Source: Candidatus Bathyarchaeota archaeon
Lineage (GTDB): Archaea > Thermoproteota > Bathyarchaeia > TCS64
Reading direction: 5' to 3'
Length of the DNA: 64,000 bases
Assembly (NCBI GenBank): GCA_963771885.1
Contig: CAVYVF010000023.1
Coordinates: 160,001-224,000 of the forward strand
How positions within the stretch are numbered: position 1 is the first letter of the stretch; each line of letters opens with the position of its first letter. Below, in pieces: positions 57,601 to 64,000 of this stretch. The position numbers and the translations under genes were made by a program. The notes below the pieces were generated by a model. That model searched no databases. It had not been told where the DNA came from and worked only from the letters and a program-made list of their open reading frames with translations.

Positions 57601-59250
57601 CTAGTGGGCCGCGGGCCTTACCCATCCGCCGTAGACGGGATATCGGCAGCATATGACCTCTATGAAGGCGGGGCGCCCCTTCTTGTTCTCTTTGAGCGCC
57701 ACCTTGAGGGCGGGTGCCACGTCGTCGGGGTTCTCAACCCTCTCCGCGTGCATACCAATCGCCTCCGCCATCTTCGCCGTCTGATAGACGTCCGCCTTCG
57801 TCACCTCGCAGGCGAACGGTGTGTGGCCGCTGCCCCAGAAGCCAGGGCCGTAACCGCTGAAGCCGCCGTTGTTTATGTGGACAGTAGTAATTCCCATCTT
57901 GTGCCTGACGAGCGCCTCGTAGTCACCCATCTGGTAGCTCACACCCGCGTCCCCCGTAACGCTTACCACCTGTCTCTTCGGGTAGGCAAGCTTCGCCCCC
58001 ATCGCTGCGGCTAGGCCGAAGCCGAGCGTCGACACGTTGCCCCAAGCCATGAAGCCGTGCTCAATCACCGAATCGTAGATCGTGGTCAGCTGGTCGCGGG
58101 TGTTCCCCGACTCGTGCGTGACAACGCTGTTCATCGGGTCAAGGGCATTGATGATCTCAGCGTAGACCCTGTAGGGGTTTATCGGCTTCTCGCTCGACTC
58201 CATGAATGTGCGATACTTCGTCATCTTCTCCTCCTTCGCCGTCGCGACCTCAGTTTCGACACCTTTCCTCGGCTTCGCCTTCTGTTTCTCGGCCTCGGCT
58301 ATCATCTGTGTGAGCACCAGTTTGGAGTCGCCGACGATGGCGTGGTCGGTGCGGGTCGCCCTGTTCAGGTCCTGCTCGTCGATCGTGCACTGTATTACGG
58401 TCTTTCCCCTCGTGGGCACCTCGTGGCCGAAGCTCGTTGGCCCAAGGCTCGCGCCGATGGCGAGGACGAGGTCGGATCCCTTCAGCCATCTCTCCGCCGG
58501 TACGTCGCGGACGCCGAGGCTAAGCGGGTGGTTCTCGGGGAAGCAGCTTTTCCCCATCAGCGTCGTGAGCACCGGCGTCCCTGTCAGCTCCGCGAATCGC
58601 ATCAGCTCGGCGCACGCGTCACCGAAGAATACGCCCTGCCCGGCATAGATCATAGGCATCTTCGCGTGAAGAAGCGCCTTCACCGCCTTCTCGACATCAG
58701 CTGGGTCACCCGAAGGCCTCCAGCCCTTCACGGGGGTGTAGGGGTGCTCGGCTGGATCGTAGTCCTCGAGGCCGCGTGGTAGCTGGAGCATGACCGGACT
58801 CGGGCGACCGCTGCGCAGCTGCGTGTAGGCTCGGCGGACGAACTCTGGGACGCGCCGCCCCTGGTTTATGAAGCCACTCCACTTCGTGACGCCGCGGAAA
58901 CCGTCCTCGATGTTGAAACGCTCACGCGCCGCAGCGGCATTGGGCACTCCGTCGGTTAAGCATAGGACGGGGGACGAGTCCTCGTACGCCTGAGCAAGCG
59001 CGCCATAGGCCATCTCAGTTCCAGCCGCGTTCAGCCCACCCATCACGGCGGAGACACCGATCTTCCTTCCGCTTGTCGCCCTGCTGTACGCGTCGGCAAC
59101 GGCGACCGCAAATCTCTCCGTCCTCACCATGATAAGTGGCATCCCCTCCTCACCACAGGCGTTGACGAAGATATTCGTCGGGAAAGTGCATATCCATTCG
59201 GTCCCCTCCTCGCGGAGGAGTTTGACCAACCCGTTTACAGCTTTGACCAA
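57601..59250 (-). CDS. ThDP-dependent enzyme (acetolactate synthase-like superfamily)
   Basis: RTERFAVAVADAYSR, GRPSPV, FPENHPL, GDAG...INN ThDP motif; start placed at TTG 59250. Confidence 0.85.
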   Translation of the reverse strand: MVKAVNGLVKLLREEGTEWICTFPTNIFVNACGEEGMPLIMVRTERFAVAVADAYSRATSGRKIGVSAVMGGLNAAGTEMAYGALAQAYEDSSPVLCLTDGVPNAAAARERFNIEDGFRGVTKWSGFINQGRRVPEFVRRAYTQLRSGRPSPVMLQLPRGLEDYDPAEHPYTPVKGWRPSGDPADVEKAVKALLHAKMPMIYAGQGVFFGDACAELMRFAELTGTPVLTTLMGKSCFPENHPLSLGVRDVPAERWLKGSDLVLAIGASLGPTSFGHEVPTRGKTVIQCTIDEQDLNRATRTDHAIVGDSKLVLTQMIAEAEKQKAKPRKGVETEVATAKEEKMTKYRTFMESSEKPINPYRVYAEIINALDPMNSVVTHESGNTRDQLTTIYDSVIEHGFMAWGNVSTLGFGLAAAMGAKLAYPKRQVVSVTGDAGVSYQMGDYEALVRHKMGITTVHINNGGFSGYGPGFWGSGHTPFACEVTKADVYQTAKMAEAIGMHAERVENPDDVAPALKVALKENKKGRPAFIEVICCRYPVYGGWVRPAAH

Positions 59251-59299
59251 GACAAACCACTTGGTCAGAGATGGGTTTAGATGGGTAAAAAATGCTCGA

Positions 59300-60208
59300 C
59301 TACATCTGGCGCAAGCGCTGAATGCGGTCCTCAAGGGGGGGATGCGTGGCGAAGAGGTTGTCGAGGGCGGTATGGTTCGGGTCGCTAATGAAGAGGGGGC
59401 TGACCGCCTCGTCAACCTTCATCTTGCCCGGGTTAGAGTGCTTTATCTTCTCCAGTGCTGAGGCGAGACCTTCGGGGAACCGGGTCAGCTCTGCGCCGCT
59501 CGCATCGGCCAGGTACTCCCTCCTACGGTTTATCGCGTACTGGACGAGCGCGACGGCGATCGGCGCGATTATCGCCAGAATCAAGCCGAGGAGCATCACG
59601 GCGACCTCGAAGCCCCCTCCGCCGCGGTCCCTGCTCTTGCGCCGGGAACCACCCATCCAGCTCCACTGCCTAATAATGCTGCTGAGTATCGAGACGAGAC
59701 CGACGAGTACAGCGACGAAGGTCATGAACTGTATGTCCCTGTTGCGTATGTGGCTCATCTCGTGGGCGACGACGCCTTCAAGCTCCGCCCTGTTGAGCTT
59801 CTGGAGAGCCCCCGTAGTGACCGCTATGCTAGAGTGCTCGGGGTCCTTCCCGGTGGCGAAGGCGTTGATCTCGGGGCTGTCCATCACGTAGACCTTGGGC
59901 ATCGGCATCCCCGCGGCAATCGAGAGGCCCTCTGAGACGTTGTTGAGGTAGATGTACTCGTTGCCTTCAGCGGGGTGAGCTCCCGTAGCGGCGATGACTA
60001 TCTGGTCGCCGTACTGGTAACTGCCCCACGTGTAGACAATAATCAGAATGGCGCTTATGGGGAGGACGATGATTAGGTCCTGTGGCGCGAAGATGTAAGC
60101 AAACGAGTAAACGAGGCCGAAGAGGATTAGCGACACCACTATCGCTAGGAGGATGCTGTCCCTCCGGTTCCTCCTCTGCTCCTCGAAGAACGTCCGCCGC
60201 TGCTCCAT
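59300..60208 (-). CDS. htpX: HtpX-type M48 membrane metalloprotease
   Basis: NAFATG, AHEMSHI..RD, REYLAD, L..ALEK, FATHPP...RI. Confidence 0.93.
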   Translation of the reverse strand: MEQRRTFFEEQRRNRRDSILLAIVVSLILFGLVYSFAYIFAPQDLIIVLPISAILIIVYTWGSYQYGDQIVIAATGAHPAEGNEYIYLNNVSEGLSIAAGMPMPKVYVMDSPEINAFATGKDPEHSSIAVTTGALQKLNRAELEGVVAHEMSHIRNRDIQFMTFVAVLVGLVSILSSIIRQWSWMGGSRRKSRDRGGGGFEVAVMLLGLILAIIAPIAVALVQYAINRRREYLADASGAELTRFPEGLASALEKIKHSNPGKMKVDEAVSPLFISDPNHTALDNLFATHPPLEDRIQRLRQM

Positions 60209-60777
60209 CAGAACTGTACCTTCGGTGCCTGCCTCTCGCCCTCAGGTATAGCGATGAACTCGCGCTTGCTGCGCCCGCCCGCAAACCAGATGCCGGGTAT
60301 AGTCGTGATCAGGTTGTTGAAGTTGAGCACGCTAGTGTTGAAGAACTGGCGCGCGTAGGCGATCTTATCCTCGATGCCCTGAAGCTGCTCCTGAAGTAGC
60401 TTGAAGTTCTCGTTCGCCTTGAGCTGCGGATACGCCTCGGCCACGGCGAAGAGCTGACGGAGCGTCGAGGTGAGCATGTTGCTCGCCTCCATCCTCTCCT
60501 GTGGGGTGCCGCTGATCATGCCAGCGCGGGCCATGGCGACCTTCTCGAAGATCTCCCTCTCATGCTTTGCATACCCCTTGACCGTCTCGACGAGGTTCGG
60601 GATCAGATCGTACCTCTTCTTGAGCTGGACGTCGATCTGGCTCCAGGCCTCATCGATCTGGTTCTCGTACATCCTTATCCTGTTGTAGTACGAGAAGTAG
60701 AGCCCTACGAGGATCAGGGCGACGACTACTACCGCCCCGATCAAACCGATCGTGAAGATGTCCATTTTTCTTCCCAT
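60208..60777 (-). CDS. lemA: LemA family protein
   Basis: N-terminal TM, AWSQIDVQLKKRYDLIPNLVETVKGYAKHE, AEAYPQLKA. Confidence 0.94.
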   Translation of the reverse strand: MGRKMDIFTIGLIGAVVVVALILVGLYFSYYNRIRMYENQIDEAWSQIDVQLKKRYDLIPNLVETVKGYAKHEREIFEKVAMARAGMISGTPQERMEASNMLTSTLRQLFAVAEAYPQLKANENFKLLQEQLQGIEDKIAYARQFFNTSVLNFNNLITTIPGIWFAGGRSKREFIAIPEGERQAPKVQF

Positions 60778-60829
60778 TGAAGTAAAGAAAGCTAACCCTA
60801 AAAGGTTATTGAATATAGTCTAAATAGTT

Positions 60830-62035
60830 CTATGCGCGGGGCTTCACGCCGTTCTTCCCCGGGAGGGTCTCGACTCCGAACATGTGGGTTGCTGCTGCGA
60901 CGAGTAGGATTATGCCGCTCATGACATAGAAGGGGGCTGCTAAGCCGAAGCCGTCGGCGACGGCGCCGAGCATTATTGGCCCGATTAGGCTTCCGATGTC
61001 TCCGAAGAAGCGGAATATGCCCATGCTTGTGCCGCGTGGCTCACCGATGGTGGCGTCGGTCGCCATAGCGAGGGGAGCCTGCTGCATTCCGCTCGTCCCA
61101 ATGCCCATTACGAAGGATACGGCGCAGAGTAGTGTGAAGGAGTTGAACTGCGGGAATAGCGCCATGGAGATGGCGGAGACTATGAGACCGAAGACCACGA
61201 TGGGCTTCCTGCCTATGAGGTCGATGCCGTAACCGATGGGTATGGTTAGTATTAGGTTAGCGATCGTTGCCACGCTGAGTATCATGCCTATTTCCGCGGG
61301 GCCTAAGCCCGCCTCCGCCGTGTAGAAGGGCAGTATATCCTGCCTGATGCCTGAGACTAGGAAGAACGCAGTCGCGCTGGCTAGCGAGGCGAATATGAAG
61401 CCCTTGTTCTTTAGGAGCCTGAGCGTCAGGTCCTTGGGGAAGGCGAGTTCGCCGCTGTGCGCCTTTCCGCTTTCAGTCTCCTTGATGAAGACGTAGGTTA
61501 GCGCGAGGCTAACCAAGCCTGTAGCGGCGTAGAAGTAGAAGTTGGCCTGAGCCCCGTACCACGTGGCTATGAAGCCGCCTATCGTCGGCCCCGCAGCCTG
61601 CCCTATGGTCTGGAAGCTCTGGAAGTAGCCTAGGACGCGTCCCCTCTCCTCCGGCTTGAGTATGTCGGCGAGGAGCGTCGTCCGGCTCGTCATCCACATG
61701 CTCGCGCCCATACCCTGTATGAAGCGATAGAACAGGAAGAGCCAGAAGTTGTCTGCTGTGGCGTTTAGGAATGCGCAGATCGCTATCAGCGCGGTCCCGA
61801 TGATCATGAGGGGTCTGCGCCCTATCTTGTCCGCGAGGACCCCGGCGGGGAAGTCCATGATGAGACGCCCGACGCTGTAGACGGTGATGACCATCCCTGC
61901 GAGGAAGATGCTGACGCCGAAGCTCTGCGCGTAGAGGGTCAACACGGGGGAGACTATCCCCATGCCCACGAAGATGAAGAACGAAGGTACATAGATCGAG
62001 AGGATGTCGCTTGTCCTTGACCTGTCCGCCAACAT
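60830..62035 (-). CDS. MFS transporter
   Basis: GVLADKIGRR motif A, about 12 TM helices. Confidence 0.9.
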   Translation of the reverse strand: MLADRSRTSDILSIYVPSFFIFVGMGIVSPVLTLYAQSFGVSIFLAGMVITVYSVGRLIMDFPAGVLADKIGRRPLMIIGTALIAICAFLNATADNFWLFLFYRFIQGMGASMWMTSRTTLLADILKPEERGRVLGYFQSFQTIGQAAGPTIGGFIATWYGAQANFYFYAATGLVSLALTYVFIKETESGKAHSGELAFPKDLTLRLLKNKGFIFASLASATAFFLVSGIRQDILPFYTAEAGLGPAEIGMILSVATIANLILTIPIGYGIDLIGRKPIVVFGLIVSAISMALFPQFNSFTLLCAVSFVMGIGTSGMQQAPLAMATDATIGEPRGTSMGIFRFFGDIGSLIGPIMLGAVADGFGLAAPFYVMSGIILLVAAATHMFGVETLPGKNGVKPRA

Positions 62036-62174
62036 CGCGCCTTCTAGATTCCTACGCAGAACCGTCCACAGCGATTTAAAGTTGCCTTAGGAGATACTAC
62101 GATCCTATCTCGTCGGGAGCTTGCGGGGATTATATCGAGGGGAAGAGCGATAATGTGAAGGTTTAACCCGAGCC

Positions 62175-63401
62175 TTAAACCGATGCGCTTCTGCTGAATC
62201 TCGTCCGTATTATCTCCTTGGCGAATAAAGCGACCATCAGAGCGCTGAAAACAAGGAGGGCGTCCATCGCCCAGAAGGGCGCGTGCAGGTCGGATGCATC
62301 TGCTATCGCGCTGAGCGCCACGGGGCCGATCATCGAACCGAGGTCACCCATGAGCCTATAGACGCCCATGGCTAAGCCTCGGCGCTCGTTCTGCGTCGCA
62401 TCCGTCGCGAGGGCGAGGGGCGCCTGGCCCGCTCCGCCTGATGCTAACCCCATCACGAGGGCAGCGATTACGAGCCCCCAGTAATCCTTGGCGTAGACGA
62501 AGCCGATGTCGGCAGCAGCCATTATCAGAATGTTCCAAATTATCACTGGCTTCCTCCCGAGGAGGTCGATAGCGTAGCCGATCGGGACTGTGATGATCAG
62601 GTTAGTTATCGTCGCGTAGCCGAGGATAGTCCCGATCGCGGCGGGATCCATACCGAGCTCGTTCGCCGCGTAGAGGGGAAGTATGTCGGTGCGTATACCC
62701 GAGCGCTGGAAGAAGACAACGAACGTGGCGAAGCAAGCCATCGCGTAGGTCTGGTTCTTCAGCAGGCGGACGACATCACCCAGCTTGAAGAGGTGCTCGC
62801 CCCCGACCTTCACCTTAACAATTCCCTTGGGCTCGAAGATGAGGAAGTATGTCAGCAGGACGCAGATGGCGCCTGTGACGGTGTAGGCGTAGAACGGGGC
62901 GGCTATCCCCCATGCGGCGGCGACGAAGCCGCCGATGACCGGCCCCGCGCTCTGTCCTATGAGCATGAAGGCTTGGAAGTAGCCCATGATGCGCCCCCTC
63001 TCTTCGGGCTTGAGGATGTCGGCTAGCAGCGTTTGTCTGCTCGTCATCCACATACCGCTTCCAACGCCTTCTAGGAACCTGTAGACGAGGTAAAGGCCGA
63101 AGTCCGATGCCGAGGCGTTTAGGAAGGCGGTGATCATGACGAGGATGCTGCCGATTATCATGACGGGTCTGCGCCCGTACCTGTCGGCGGCTATACCCGC
63201 GGGGATGTCGGCGATGAACCTCCCGAAGGCGTGCGCGGTGATGGCGAGGCTCGCCACGGCGAGGCTGACGCCGAAGCTCTGCGCGTAGAGGCTGATGATG
63301 GGGCTGACGATGCTCATCCCCACCATATTGAAGAAGCTGGGGACGTAGATGCTCAGGATGTCGTTAATGACGGTTCTTCTCTGAGTTTCTTCCCCAGCCG
63401 T
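62175..63401 (-). CDS. MFS transporter (tandem paralog; N-terminus extends to ACG 63401)
   Basis: GIAADRYGRR; in-frame upstream DILSIYVPSFF identical to the neighbouring paralog. Confidence 0.88.
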   Translation of the reverse strand, partial: TAGEETQRRTVINDILSIYVPSFFNMVGMSIVSPIISLYAQSFGVSLAVASLAITAHAFGRFIADIPAGIAADRYGRRPVMIIGSILVMITAFLNASASDFGLYLVYRFLEGVGSGMWMTSRQTLLADILKPEERGRIMGYFQAFMLIGQSAGPVIGGFVAAAWGIAAPFYAYTVTGAICVLLTYFLIFEPKGIVKVKVGGEHLFKLGDVVRLLKNQTYAMACFATFVVFFQRSGIRTDILPLYAANELGMDPAAIGTILGYATITNLIITVPIGYAIDLLGRKPVIIWNILIMAAADIGFVYAKDYWGLVIAALVMGLASGGAGQAPLALATDATQNERRGLAMGVYRLMGDLGSMIGPVALSAIADASDLHAPFWAMDALLVFSALMVALFAKEIIRTRFSRSASV

Positions 63402-63443
63402 GGCCCAGCCCTCGTATAGGGATCGTGGGTGAATATTGGTTGG

Positions 63444-64000
63444 TTAAAGCTTATCGGCGATGCCCAGCCGCTTCAGCATCCTGATGGCGCGCAGGGTTAT
63501 CCACTTCGAGGGCTTCCCCTTCTCCTCGATGTCCACCCACATCTTGCCGTTATACGTGTTTTCGAGCAGCCACCTTCCATCCGGCTGCCTCGCCTCGAGG
63601 ACGATGTCAATCGCTGGCTGCATCCTGTCGTCGTGAACGCCGAGTCTCGTCAAGGTGTCGAGCACCTCGAGGACGTCGGACTGGTAGAAGAGGGGGAATC
63701 CGAGCTTCTTCCACCCTGTCTTGTCCTTGCGGGAGCCGTCAGGGTTCCGTAGATATCTGTATACCAAGTTCTCGAGGATGTTCCGCGTCTCGCGGTCGAT
63801 GACGGCCTGCATGTCCTTGCCCCGTTTCTCCGGGGGGATCGCGGAGAGAGAGCGGAGCATCTTGGTTGCGCCCATGTAGCAGTTCTTGGGGAAGACGGTA
63901 GACTCGTTTATCGGGTAGCTCCGGCACCGCCAACCGGCGTTCTCATCGTCATGGTAGCCATTGGTAAAGTCGATGAGGCGCCTCGTCCGGGGGTCGTCGA
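63444..64000 (-). CDS. Uncharacterised prenyltransferase/terpene-cyclase-repeat-like protein (3' part)
   Basis: Open frame to the window edge: DDPR...GW.C...CYMG, GFPLFYQSDVLE, Q.DGRW.LE, G.PSKWITL. Confidence 0.65.
   Translation of the reverse strand, partial: DDPRTRRLIDFTNGYHDDENAGWRCRSYPINESTVFPKNCYMGATKMLRSLSAIPPEKRGKDMQAVIDRETRNILENLVYRYLRNPDGSRKDKTGWKKLGFPLFYQSDVLEVLDTLTRLGVHDDRMQPAIDIVLEARQPDGRWLLENTYNGKMWVDIEEKGKPSKWITLRAIRMLKRLGIADKL

Noticed and set aside
1..64000. CRISPR arrays, IS elements, integrases, tRNA or rRNA genes
   Set aside because: No regularly spaced repeats, transposase or integrase motifs, or cloverleaf-like sequences seen in the short intergenic gaps (by eye only; tRNAscan/Rfam not run)

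Overview
GC-rich chromosomal segment from an archaeon, densely coding, with no rRNA, tRNA, CRISPR array or mobile element that I could recognise. A eukaryote-like topoisomerase IB together with a rio1-KH(dim2)-top6B-top6A operon and a short archaeal-type TIM points to the TACK group, most plausibly Bathyarchaeia (inference). Main blocks: (i) copA / HMA-thioredoxin fusion / topoisomerase IB, metG and an orphan UvrA-like ATPase; (ii) sugar-nucleotide genes and the topo VI operon; (iii) a kynU-glpK-Ldh2-CoA-transferase cluster; (iv) a ~28 kb Mo/W region with moaA-D-E-C-B-moeA, tupABC, two convergent xanthine-oxidase-family L/M/S operons with mocA and xdhC, and an AOR with its Fe-S subunit; (v) lemA-htpX and tandem MFS paralogs. 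Single-base indels break several genes, including essential metG, so the sequence is probably error-prone and base-level oddities need read confirmation. The most notable observations are: four conserved genes whose required N-termini have no ATG/GTG/TTG (three start at SD-positioned ACG, one at CTG); an 11-codon ORF exactly where aIF-1A is expected that resembles the fused ends of aIF-1A; a CopZ-thioredoxin fusion; and a ModE-box-like palindrome between the divergent moa and tup operons.
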